From: Chlorobiota bacterium
Lineage (GTDB): Bacteria; Bacteroidota; Ignavibacteria; Ignavibacteriales; Ignavibacteriaceae
Length of the DNA: 64,000 nt
Direction of reading: 5' to 3'
Assembly (NCBI GenBank): GCA_045863055.1
Contig: BTUW01000010.1
Location: 59,417-123,416, forward strand
The notes below the pieces were generated by a model. The model did not search any database. It saw only the letters and a program-made list of their open reading frames with translations, and was not told the DNA's origin. Shown here piece after piece: positions 1-8,864 of the stretch (positions within the stretch are counted from its first letter, which is position 1; the number at the start of each line of letters is the position of its first letter). The position numbers and the translations under genes are program-made.

Positions 1-1
1 G

Positions 2-2995
2 GCGGGAAGTGACGGCCTTGGAATGGGTTACACCCTGCAACCGGTCTTCGCGGCGGCCGACTACCTCTATCCCTACCAGCAGCAACTTACGGTCGGAGTT
101 GAGGGGCTCAGCGCGACAAGAACGCTGACCGATGGTTACGGCGACTGGACCGTTACAGCCTCGTGGAACGATGGTACACGGTCAATGAAATCCACCTTTG
201 GCCACGGCATCCCCTACGCGTTCTTCACCATCTCGGGTGGAAACGCCAAAGTGGTATGTAAAGAAACACCGGTTATCTGGTCCAACTCCGGCGGTGTTGT
301 AGGGCTTACCGTTGGCGGCAGACACTACGGAATTTTCGGACCGACGGGCTCAACATGGTCGGGCACTACAACACTTCTTTCGACCCTTAACGGGAAAGAC
401 TTTTTCTCTGTTGCACTGCTACCCGACAACACCCCTGCCACCCTTGAGTTTTACAGAAAACGGGCTTACGCTTTCGTCACCGACAGCCGTGTTTCGTGGA
501 GTTATGACAATCAGAACGCGAAGGTTAACACCACCTTCACTCTGATCACCACACTGAAAGATTCCACAGCGGGCAATCTGAACAACACGCTCACAGCCCT
601 GTACCGTCATCAGATGCTCAACACCGACGCCACTCTCGAATCTTACGAGTATGTATCCGTCAGGGGCAAGATGAAGATATACGACGGTAACACTTTTTCA
701 ACCCGTCACGAATTTAACGGCATCCTCCCTGCACTTCCCGATGAAGGCGTTTATAATCCCGCGCTTCTCGGGCAGTACATCGACACTGTTGCCATGGAAA
801 ACCTGAGTCCGGGTCCGATCTACGAGAACGGCAAATACCTCGCCAGGTTCGCGCACCTGATCCGGATAGCCGACCAGCTTGGCAAAACCACGGCTCGCGA
901 CCACTTCATCGCGCAGGTGAAAGCCCGCCTCGAAGCATGGCTTACAGTCGGAGGCGGTGCCGAGATGTCTTACATTCAGGCCTGGAATACCATTTCCGCT
1001 TATCCGTCAGGCTATGGAGCCGACAACCAGCTTAACGATCACAACTTCCACTACGGTTACCTGATCATGGCCGCCGCGATGGTTGCCCAGTACGATCCCG
1101 TGTGGGCGAGTGAGTCGAACTGGGGCGGTATGATCAACCTTCTTATAAAAGATTGCGTGAACTGGGACAGAAACGACAGAAGATTCCCTTACCTCAGAAG
1201 TTTCGACCCCTACGAAGGTCACTCATGGGAGGCAGGTCACGGCGATTTTGGTGACGGCAACAATGAGGAGTCAAGCTCTGAATCGATGAACTTCTCATCA
1301 GCGGTTACACTCTGGGGATCAGCCACACTTAACGATACCCTCAGGGACCTCGGCATCTACCTTTACGCTACCGAGCGCTCCGCGATCGAGCAGTACTTCT
1401 TCGATGTCGATGATCAGGTCTTCCCCTCAACATATCCGAGGAAAGCCCTTGGAATGGTCTGGGGCGGAAAGGGTGTTCACTCAACCTGGTTCGGCGCCGA
1501 CCCCGAGTTCATCCACGGCATCAATTTCCTCCCGCTTACGGGCGGCTCCCTCTACCTTGGCAGAAACCGTGACTACATTCAGGCGAACTATGCCGAAATG
1601 GTGAACGAGATCGGCAGCAAACCCCGCAAGTGGAAAGATATTATCTGGAAGTGGTACGCTCTCGCTGATCCGCACACCGCCCTTAACGAATTCTATGCCG
1701 AACCCGGCTACGAGGTTTTCGACGGTGAATCGCGGGCGAACACATACCACTGGCTCGGCAATCTGAAGAAGATCGGCAGACTCAGTACAACAGTAACTGC
1801 CGACATCCCAACTTACGCGGTCTTCACATCTGATATTAACAAGAACACTTATGTGGCTTACAACCCGGCGGCAACCGACAGAACGGTTAACTTTTCCGAC
1901 GGTTATTCAATGGTCGTCCCTGCCCGCTCAATGCGGTCATTCAACAGCGATACCACAGGCGCGGGTGCACCCGTGGCCGTGGCGATAACGAATGTTAACA
2001 AGGGGAAAGCCCCCCTTACCGTGCAGTTCAGCGGAAACAGAAGTTTCGACCGTAACGGTACGATAACCTCGTATCACTGGGACTTCGGCGACACTACATT
2101 CGCCCACAGCTCGGATACGGTACATGTTTACCGTGTCCCAGGTGTTTACATAGCCAAACTGACTGTGCAAAGCTCGACAGGCAAAACCGGCTTCGCGACC
2201 GTTACGATCACAGTTGACGGAAACGGAACCCCATATGCCGGCACCCCGAAACCGGTTCCGGGAACAGTTCAGGCTGAGGAATACGATCTCGGCGGCGAGG
2301 GTGTTGCTTACCACGACAGCGATCCGCAGAACAAGGGCGTACCCTTCAGACCGAATGAAGGCGTTGACATCGAAGGATGCGGAGATGTCGGCGGCGGTTA
2401 CGATGTTGGCTGGATAGTAATGGGTGAGTGGATGGAATACACGATCCAGGTTGATCAGTCGGGCTACTACGATATTACAGCCCGTACTGCTTCAGTTCCC
2501 GGGGGTGGTGCATACAACATTTCGATCGATGGGATCAGTGTAACAGGAAGAAAAAGTGTGCCTGTAACCGGAGGATGGCAGTTCTGGACCGATGTAACAA
2601 CCACGGCGGTTTATATCGAGGCGGGTGTGCATATAATGCGCTTCGCGGTCGAGGGCCCCGAGTTCAATCTGAACTGGATCAAGCTTACCCGTAACCTCAC
2701 CGGCATCGCCAACGAGAACGAATATCTCCCGAAGGAATTCGCGCTGGGACAGAATTACCCGAATCCGTTCAATCCTGTAACCGTTATCCGTTACGCGTTG
2801 CCCGTTACCGGTAATGTTGAACTGTCGGTTTACAACACCCTCGGCGAAAAAGTTGCAGACCTCGTCAATGGCGAAATGCCCGCGGGTGAGCATTCTGTTC
2901 AGTTTGACGCAAAAGAATTTTCGAGCGGGGTTTATTTTGTTAAAATGGAATCGGGAAGTTTTATCTCGGTTCGAAAGATCGTACTTTTAAAATAG
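2..2995 (+). CDS. Glycoside hydrolase family 81 endo-beta-1,3-glucanase, 5'-partial, with PKD-like domain, CBM6-like module and T9SS C-terminal sorting domain
   Basis: The frame of ORF 23..2995 stays open back to nt 2 and there is no signal peptide, so the N-terminus lies outside the window. GH81-type motifs NDHNFHYGY and DPYEGHSWEAGHGDFGDGNNEESSSES. PKD-like PLTVQFSGNRSFDRNGTITSYHWDFGD. CBM6-like VQAEEYDLGGEGVAYHDSD. C-terminus NYPNPFNPVTVIRY...GVYFVKMESG...KIVLLK. Confidence 0.85.
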   Translation, partial: AGSDGLGMGYTLQPVFAAADYLYPYQQQLTVGVEGLSATRTLTDGYGDWTVTASWNDGTRSMKSTFGHGIPYAFFTISGGNAKVVCKETPVIWSNSGGVVGLTVGGRHYGIFGPTGSTWSGTTTLLSTLNGKDFFSVALLPDNTPATLEFYRKRAYAFVTDSRVSWSYDNQNAKVNTTFTLITTLKDSTAGNLNNTLTALYRHQMLNTDATLESYEYVSVRGKMKIYDGNTFSTRHEFNGILPALPDEGVYNPALLGQYIDTVAMENLSPGPIYENGKYLARFAHLIRIADQLGKTTARDHFIAQVKARLEAWLTVGGGAEMSYIQAWNTISAYPSGYGADNQLNDHNFHYGYLIMAAAMVAQYDPVWASESNWGGMINLLIKDCVNWDRNDRRFPYLRSFDPYEGHSWEAGHGDFGDGNNEESSSESMNFSSAVTLWGSATLNDTLRDLGIYLYATERSAIEQYFFDVDDQVFPSTYPRKALGMVWGGKGVHSTWFGADPEFIHGINFLPLTGGSLYLGRNRDYIQANYAEMVNEIGSKPRKWKDIIWKWYALADPHTALNEFYAEPGYEVFDGESRANTYHWLGNLKKIGRLSTTVTADIPTYAVFTSDINKNTYVAYNPAATDRTVNFSDGYSMVVPARSMRSFNSDTTGAGAPVAVAITNVNKGKAPLTVQFSGNRSFDRNGTITSYHWDFGDTTFAHSSDTVHVYRVPGVYIAKLTVQSSTGKTGFATVTITVDGNGTPYAGTPKPVPGTVQAEEYDLGGEGVAYHDSDPQNKGVPFRPNEGVDIEGCGDVGGGYDVGWIVMGEWMEYTIQVDQSGYYDITARTASVPGGGAYNISIDGISVTGRKSVPVTGGWQFWTDVTTTAVYIEAGVHIMRFAVEGPEFNLNWIKLTRNLTGIANENEYLPKEFALGQNYPNPFNPVTVIRYALPVTGNVELSVYNTLGEKVADLVNGEMPAGEHSVQFDAKEFSSGVYFVKMESGSFISVRKIVLLK

Positions 2996-3106
2996 GTTGT
3001 GAGTTTAATTTCGATATACCGGTCTGTTTTGAATTTTCTAATGAACCAATAATTTTCGTTGGAGTCAGGAAGTGTTTATTTTTCGGATTCAAAACCGGAA
3101 AAATAG

Positions 3107-3592
3107 ATGAACGAGACAGAAAAAGACAATAAAAGCCCGAGAGTATCTGAGGATAAAAACGCTACCGACGGTAGAAGTCTGAATGACATGCTGCAGGAGT
3201 TGAGAATACTTCTGCAGGGGGCTCAGGTACTGACGGCATTTCTCGTGGTACTTCCGTTTAATCAGAGTTTTGAAGATATCCATACTTTCGAGAAGTGGGT
3301 TTTCATTGCCACATTTATGTGTTCTGTAATAAGCCTTGTGTTTTTCAGTGCCCCGGCAGCACATCACCGCCTCATCAGAACCCTCATTCATCGGGTCACA
3401 TTCAAAGTGTTTGCCACCAGAATGATCCTTGTGGGTCTCGTCTTCCTCTCTCTGGCTTTGATCCTCGTTACCCAGCTTGTGGTCTGGCAGGTAATGGAGA
3501 CAACGGCCAGCATTTTTGTTACCGTATTTGTCGGTGTGCTGATCGTTATCGTATGGTGGGTTTTCCCTGTCTACTTAAAGAGAAAAGTGTAA
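3107..3592 (+). CDS. Small integral membrane protein, DUF6328-like
   Basis: 161 aa. Polar N-terminus, then LQELRILLQGAQVLTAFLVVLPF and three further hydrophobic helices. Family assignment is from memory of the DUF6328 pattern only. Confidence 0.55.
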   Translation: MNETEKDNKSPRVSEDKNATDGRSLNDMLQELRILLQGAQVLTAFLVVLPFNQSFEDIHTFEKWVFIATFMCSVISLVFFSAPAAHHRLIRTLIHRVTFKVFATRMILVGLVFLSLALILVTQLVVWQVMETTASIFVTVFVGVLIVIVWWVFPVYLKRKV

Positions 3593-3593
3593 T

Positions 3594-3712
3594 GAGTTAG
3601 TGTTTAGTGTAGAGTGTATAGTGTGGAGTAATATTCTCTACACTCCACACTTTACACTAAAACTTCACTCCGCCGCAGGCGAATCACATTTCACATTTCA
3701 CATTTCACATTT
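3594..3712. repeat. Mosaic intergenic element: inverted GTGTAGAG/CTCTACAC word arms, CCGCC-type hairpin, and (TCACATT)x4 tandem heptamer
   Basis: ttagtgtttagtgtagagtgtatagtgtggagt (3597..3629) faces ctctacactccacactttacactaa (3636..3660). This is followed by ctccgccgcaggcgaatcac, then tcacatt x4 (3684..3711), which runs into the GH128 stop codon. Confidence 0.85.
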
Positions 3713-4595
3713 ACTTCTTGTATGGCAACGAAATGTACAGCTTCCCCAGATCATTCAGTTCACCCGGGGTGGGGGTGAAGAGGTAGGTGAATTTATTATC
3801 GGGGAGTGTGCCCCTGCCGATGAACCAGGCGTATCTGAAGACATCATCGCGGTTCTCGCAGATCGAGACCATCTCGTTCATCTGCTGAGCCTGCTTGGCG
3901 TATGAGTTGATCTGCGGATTCCAGTTCGCCATTTCCGTTATCCAGATCTGCTTGCCGTATTTCTTCAGGCGGTCGAGCTGGGCGGCCAGACCGTAGTCGT
4001 ACCAGTGGAAAGCAAGATAGTCGATCTTCGGTGCGCGGTTGTTCGCGGTTCTGAAGACGGCATAAAAAGTGTCAAGCCAGGTCACGGGGTCGGAGTATCC
4101 CTGCATCGTCCCCCAGTTCATGGCGGGACCCACCAGATATACAGTTCTTCCTGCCGCGGCGAGGTCGTCGATCACTTTTTCATACACAAGCCAGTCAACT
4201 GCGGCCTGCTGTGGTGTTCTGTTCGCCTGATCGGTCAGGTTGGGCTCGTTCATCACGAGGAGGTAATTTATCTCCGGGTGAGCCAGAATAAAACTTTTCA
4301 CCGCCTGAATTTCGGCTGCTGACGGACTCCCTCCCCAGAGCATCGGGATAAACTCCATCTCATATGTCGTGTTGTATCCCGCCGGGGCGGTTGTGGAGTA
4401 GTACCAGTTGTACCACCACGAAACACCGCTCTTCAGTGCCTCGAGGTCGGCCGCGTCTTTAAGATTGTATGAAATACCCCGTTTCGGGCTTTTTGTAACC
4501 GTGTTCACGGGGGCAGGCTGTGAGGGAGTATCCTCTTTACAGCCCATGAAAAGAAAAAGGATGAGGATCAAGGCGCTTATCGATCTGCCGCGCAT
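3711..4595 (-). CDS. GH128 / Glyco_hydro_cc (PF11790-type) beta-1,3-glucanase lipoprotein
   Basis: Lipoprotein signal ...LFLFMGCKE. Family hallmarks KRGISYN, SWWYNW, FIPMLWG, LLVMNEPN, AFHWYDYG and IWITEMANW. Confidence 0.8.
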   Translation of the reverse strand: MRGRSISALILILFLFMGCKEDTPSQPAPVNTVTKSPKRGISYNLKDAADLEALKSGVSWWYNWYYSTTAPAGYNTTYEMEFIPMLWGGSPSAAEIQAVKSFILAHPEINYLLVMNEPNLTDQANRTPQQAAVDWLVYEKVIDDLAAAGRTVYLVGPAMNWGTMQGYSDPVTWLDTFYAVFRTANNRAPKIDYLAFHWYDYGLAAQLDRLKKYGKQIWITEMANWNPQINSYAKQAQQMNEMVSICENRDDVFRYAWFIGRGTLPDNKFTYLFTPTPGELNDLGKLYISLPYKK

Positions 4596-4845
4596 CTGTA
4601 GTGTTTCCTTGTCTTGTTAGAGTGTGTTCAACCTGATATGGCAGCAATTCCCGTGCCGAAAATTTCCCTTGCCGTTACAGCCCGAAAACCCTGCCCGCCC
4701 GGAGTGAAGATTATCGATCCGATAAAAATGCCTTATCAATCGGATAAAAATAACTCAATTGGATCATTTTAAGTTTTCAAGAAGTTTAATAAATTAACTG
4801 AAACAATTTTCTATTTATTCATTATTTAATTAATCAACCTGACCC

Positions 4846-5745
4846 ATGAAAAAACTCATCATCCTTTTTCTAATTCTGGCATCACAAATTGTCTTTCCTC
4901 AGGGGAAGAACCCCCACTTCAATTCAACGGTTTTATACTTGATGGTGTATGACCATATATTTAGCGCGACAGATTTTTACACACTCATTGATCCGGCAAA
5001 GATCAAGGCCGCAAAGATCAAGAAAATCGAAGCGATCCAAAGCTGGGATTTTACAACTGATCCATCCCTCCCCGATGCCGGATTTGAGGGGATCGGACGC
5101 AGGGATATTTTCGAATTCGATAAGAACGGTAACCCGGTGAAGTATCTTCAATACAGCTTCTCCTTCGAGGGTTATCTTACAGAGTATCAGATCGAATACG
5201 ACAAAGCTGGATTCATATCAGCCGTCACTGCTACGGGTAAGGATACCACCGGGAAAAATATATTTTACACGGAGAAATACACCTTTAATTTCACGGATGG
5301 AAAACTCACTTCCATATCAGGTAAGGATCCCAACGATGAGGCGGGTAGATGGGGCACCGGAAGCTACAATTTCATTTACCGTCCCGACGGTTCCCTCGAA
5401 AAGATAACAGCTGGAAGTGCAGGCAAGGAACTTATTTACTGTGACGAAAAAGGGAGAATATTGCAACTGAAGGTCTTCTCGCAGGTTTATACTTACTACT
5501 ACGACAAAAATGGCCGCGTCGCGAAGATCAATTATGTCGAGAGCTATAACGGCGACAACTGGGACTGGGTGTACAGTTACGACGCGAAGGGGAGCCTCCT
5601 CTCTGTGAAATCCACGGATGAATATACGATGGAGCAGAAAACATATACACCCGGAAAGGATGGTTTCCCTCTGAAAGCCAAACTTAAATACGAGACCAAG
5701 AGCAGCGGAAGGGCTGTTAATTACGAGTTCAGGTACACCAAATAA
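4846..5745 (+). CDS. Secreted protein of unknown function with YD/RHS-like short repeats (paralog A)
   Basis: Signal peptide MKKLIILFLILASQIVFPQ. Repeated xFDKNGNPVKY / YYYDKNGRVAKINY / YSYDAKGSLLSV units. Colinear with the next ORF (shared DPAKxKAAKIxKxEAI, FGRRxIxEFDKNGNP, CDEKGR, YTPGKDGFP, EFRYTK). Confidence 0.75.
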   Translation: MKKLIILFLILASQIVFPQGKNPHFNSTVLYLMVYDHIFSATDFYTLIDPAKIKAAKIKKIEAIQSWDFTTDPSLPDAGFEGIGRRDIFEFDKNGNPVKYLQYSFSFEGYLTEYQIEYDKAGFISAVTATGKDTTGKNIFYTEKYTFNFTDGKLTSISGKDPNDEAGRWGTGSYNFIYRPDGSLEKITAGSAGKELIYCDEKGRILQLKVFSQVYTYYYDKNGRVAKINYVESYNGDNWDWVYSYDAKGSLLSVKSTDEYTMEQKTYTPGKDGFPLKAKLKYETKSSGRAVNYEFRYTK

Positions 5746-5775
5746 GTCCTTCAATCAAAATTGAAAAGAAACAGT

Positions 5776-6687
5776 ATGAATATGAAACTGAAAGCATTCC
5801 TGTTGCTCGCTGTTTTTGCGCTTCCTCTCCTGGCGCAAAGCAGTAACCAACATATCAACTCGACCATTTATTATCTCCTTATCTCCGATATTACCGGAGG
5901 CAAACCGGATCATCATCTTTTGAACGATCCTGCCAAAGTTAAAGCCGCGAAGATCAGGAAAATGGAGGCAATAAAAGGTACAGAATATGCCGTGGGTTCT
6001 TCCGCTACAGATGAAAAGGGTATAAAAGCCTTCGGCCGCCGTGAGATCATCGAGTTCGACAAAAACGGAAATCCACTGAAGTACTCTTACTATAACTATT
6101 CTTGGGGAGAATCATTTACTGAGATGATCTTCACATACAATCCGAATGGCGATATTACAGGCGCATCTGTTTCATCCAGGGATACCACCGGCAAAAAGGT
6201 CACATGGTCGGGAAAATACAAATTTAAGACGGAGTCCGGCAGGCTCACCGGTATAACCTGGGAGGATGATCCGGGTGGAAAGAGGTCTCCATTATATGAT
6301 AAATATGAATTTTCTTACCGGTCTGACGGCACACTTGAAAAAGTATTCGCGGGCAAGAATGGAACTGTTAAGATCAGATGCGACGAAAAAGGGAGAGTCT
6401 CAGTCTTTATAAGTTTCAACATGAGTTATCAGTACAATTACGATCTGAAAGGTGTTGTTAACGCTGAGCGTTATTTTGACACCGACGAGGAGACAGAGTG
6501 GGGAATGAATTATGAGTTTGATCCAAAAGGTAACCTGCTTTCAATTACTTCCGGTGATGAAAACAACTTTGAGCAGAAGATCTACACCCCCGGTAAAGAT
6601 GGGTTCCCGGCCACAGCAAAGTACATTGAGCAGGGAAATGAAACTCGAGTTGGGGCAAATTTGGAATTCAGATACACAAAATGGTAA
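5776..6687 (+). CDS. Secreted protein of unknown function with YD/RHS-like short repeats (paralog B)
   Basis: The track ORF starts at TTG 5761. The first ATG at 5776 gives MNMKLKAFLLLAVFALPLLAQS (signal peptide). Colinear paralog of 4846..5745. Confidence 0.75.
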   Translation: MNMKLKAFLLLAVFALPLLAQSSNQHINSTIYYLLISDITGGKPDHHLLNDPAKVKAAKIRKMEAIKGTEYAVGSSATDEKGIKAFGRREIIEFDKNGNPLKYSYYNYSWGESFTEMIFTYNPNGDITGASVSSRDTTGKKVTWSGKYKFKTESGRLTGITWEDDPGGKRSPLYDKYEFSYRSDGTLEKVFAGKNGTVKIRCDEKGRVSVFISFNMSYQYNYDLKGVVNAERYFDTDEETEWGMNYEFDPKGNLLSITSGDENNFEQKIYTPGKDGFPATAKYIEQGNETRVGANLEFRYTKW

Positions 6688-6716
6688 AAAAGAGGCTGCC
6701 CCTCTCGAGACAGCCT
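6686..6716. terminator. Bidirectional intrinsic terminator hairpin (also left copy of a ~30-bp direct repeat)
   Basis: aaaaaagAGGCTGcccctctcgagaCAGCCTttat lies between convergent genes. The T-run is on the minus strand and a weaker one is on the plus strand. Confidence 0.7.
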
Positions 6717-6784
6717 TTATAATTTATCATCCCGCCGAAGCCGGTTCGGACAACCGCCCTGGTTCGGTCTTCACGCCACTGGTA

Positions 6785-8485
6785 TTATTTCATAAATGCC
6801 AGTTTGGCTGTGGATGTTTTCACCCCGTTATCCTCCGTTTTTAGCTTGAGGCGGAGCAAATATATCCCGCTCGGAACATTCAACCCGGAGAAATTGAGTG
6901 TGGTTTCATGCTTGCCACTTTCACGGTGGTACAGATCCTTCGTAACGATCTCCTCACCCAGAGCAGAAAAAACAGCGAGGGTGACCTCACCGGGTTCAGA
7001 GAGACGAAATTCAATTTTTACTTCCGGATTGAAAGGATTGGGATATGTTCTTACATCGATACCATAACCAGCAGGAAGGGATTCATCTTCGATCCCACTT
7101 GGGTTTATAGCCGTGGTATCCCCTGACCAGATCGTATAATAAAGTGGCTGACCCCACTCCAATCGCTGACATGCATTTCCTCCACCGTTACCGTGAAATT
7201 CACCGGCTGAAAAATCATCTACTCCATCACCGTTTATATCACCAACTTGCCCCATGTGACGGTGATATGAGTCTGTATATCGTCTTCCAATAACAGGTGC
7301 TGGACCCCCAAGCAAAACAATTGAACCGCCGGTTAAGGTATAGGATACAAATCCAAGATCATTGTAACCATCATTATTAACATCTCCGAGCAGTTTAGGC
7401 GTTTTTACTGCCGTGCCTGTTAACCAAAAAGATACATCCCTTGTAAGGACATGACCCGAACCTCTTTTCCCAAAACTTATCTGTACATAAGAGTCGGGAA
7501 ATTCTTTTGTCCACATCAACTCAGCCATTCCGTCCCCGTTTATGTCGGGTATTATTCGCATATTCGTTGCATCCATTGTGTCCTCGGAGAAGAAAACATA
7601 ATTATCCATTGAATACTGAGGGTTTCCGAAGATGAGTTTGGTGCCCAGACTTTTCGTCCAACTTATATTATTTGATGAATTAATGGTGTCGGTTTGTATT
7701 AATACATCTGTATAACCATCGCCATTAATGTCTCCACTTGTTAATATATCGTTAGAAAAACCTTCTCTTTTTGTTAGTGTATCAGGAAGTCCCAGATAAT
7801 ATTGTGTTGTAGAAAAAGGGTTTGTGAGTGGCAAAAACAACAAAAAACCATACTTCCCCCCTCCTGAAAAAGGGCTCAAATAACTTGTTAATATCAGTTC
7901 TTTGTTGCCATCTCCGTTAAAGTCACCTATATTCGTCTTTGCACAATGGAAATGGAACTGTTGACTATTGTTGATATATTGTCCCGGTGTAGGCACACTT
8001 AAATCAGGGAGTGTATCAAAATCAGGACCTCCCAAATAGATGTCTATAGTGTCTTTTATATTATAATACAATCTAAACTTACATATATCAAGATAGCCAT
8101 CTTCATTAAAGTCATAGATTATTGGGTCTATCTCCGCATGATGGAGGATTCCAATGATATCTACAAACCAGTGATACTTTGGCATGGGAGGGGGGGGATT
8201 CCCCCCCTCAAATATCATGTATCTGTAACCTTCTATTTTTGAACCGGTTGGAGTATTCACATCACTACATGAAATCAGCAGGAACTCATCCATCCCATCG
8301 CCATTCCAGTCTCCAAGTGTTGCGATCTTTGTGCCGATATCCACTCCTCCGCCCTGATTGTAGGCAATGGAGTCAATTGCATTACATTTGAACCTGAATA
8401 GAAGATTATCAAAAGCATCGGTTTGTGCAAATGTATTAGATGTTAGTACAAATATTGTCATTAAAAGAATCTTTTTCATTGTCAT
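6785..8485 (-). CDS. FG-GAP/VCBS repeat protein with T9SS C-terminal sorting domain
   Basis: Signal peptide. At least six Ca-binding FG-GAP-type loops (GDWNGDGMDEF, GDFNGDGNKEL, GDINGDGYTDV, PDINGDGMAEL, GDVNNDGYNDL, GDINGDGVDDF). C-terminus TYPNPFNPEVKIEF...GIYLLRLK...KLAFMK. The gene is visibly AT-richer than its neighbours (by eye, not computed). Confidence 0.85.
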   Translation of the reverse strand: MTMKKILLMTIFVLTSNTFAQTDAFDNLLFRFKCNAIDSIAYNQGGGVDIGTKIATLGDWNGDGMDEFLLISCSDVNTPTGSKIEGYRYMIFEGGNPPPPMPKYHWFVDIIGILHHAEIDPIIYDFNEDGYLDICKFRLYYNIKDTIDIYLGGPDFDTLPDLSVPTPGQYINNSQQFHFHCAKTNIGDFNGDGNKELILTSYLSPFSGGGKYGFLLFLPLTNPFSTTQYYLGLPDTLTKREGFSNDILTSGDINGDGYTDVLIQTDTINSSNNISWTKSLGTKLIFGNPQYSMDNYVFFSEDTMDATNMRIIPDINGDGMAELMWTKEFPDSYVQISFGKRGSGHVLTRDVSFWLTGTAVKTPKLLGDVNNDGYNDLGFVSYTLTGGSIVLLGGPAPVIGRRYTDSYHRHMGQVGDINGDGVDDFSAGEFHGNGGGNACQRLEWGQPLYYTIWSGDTTAINPSGIEDESLPAGYGIDVRTYPNPFNPEVKIEFRLSEPGEVTLAVFSALGEEIVTKDLYHRESGKHETTLNFSGLNVPSGIYLLRLKLKTEDNGVKTSTAKLAFMK

Positions 8486-8490
8486 AACTC

Positions 8491-8700
8491 CTATTTCAGT
8501 AACATCAGTTTTGAGGTAAATGTATATAAACCAATTGTACCTTTAGCTGTAATTCTCACAAAATACACACCGCTGGCATGTGCTGATGCATTCCAAAAAT
8601 CAAACTTAAAACTGCTATTACTCCGCTTTTCATACAAATATCCGGTTATTTGTTCCTGTTTCTCTTTTATGATTCTGATCCGATCATCAAAAATAACCAT
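8491..8700 (-). pseudogene. Orphan distal half of a T9SS C-terminal sorting domain (69 codons from an internal Met); probable gene remnant
   Basis: MVIFDDRIRII...SSFKFDFWNASAHASGVYFVRITAKGTIGLYTFTSKLMLLK matches only the last beta-strands of a type-A CTD. There is no NPFNP part, no cargo domain and no signal peptide. It lies downstream of the lipase terminator hairpin (8815..8843). Confidence 0.4.
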
Positions 8701-8733
8701 ATAAGTATTTATAACAAAGCACCTCACCCTTTT

Positions 8734-8766
8734 GGAACTTCGGAACCCCGGAACCCCGGAACTTAA
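8734..8766. repeat. Short word repeat (GGAACYYC)x4
   Basis: ggaacttc ggaacccc ggaacccc ggaactta, read directly. Confidence 0.7.
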
Positions 8767-8814
8767 GCCGGGACCTGTTAGTGGGGCTCTTGTGTATATC
8801 GACGGTATTTCCAT

Positions 8815-8843
8815 AAAAAAGGCTGCCTCTCTCGAGACAGCCT
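8815..8843 (-). terminator. Intrinsic terminator of the lipase gene (right copy of the direct repeat)
   Basis: The minus strand reads AGGCTGtctcgagagaggCAGCCTTTTTT, 22 nt after the TGA at 8865. Confidence 0.75.
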
Positions 8844-8864
8844 CATTCATTAAACACCGTTCCG

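Noticed and set aside
3594-3712. Possibility that the word repeats here, and at 11.7, 12.8, 15.2, 20.2, 23.2 and 32.4 kb, are CRISPR arrays
   Set aside because: The units are 7-10 nt, degenerate and contiguous, without unique spacers of regular length. The arms are inverted rather than direct. No cas genes are present in the window.
3295-3905. 101-aa ORFs 3295..3600 and 3600..3905
   Set aside because: The first is an alternative frame of the DUF6328-like gene. The second runs through the mosaic repeat and is antisense to the GH128 3' end.
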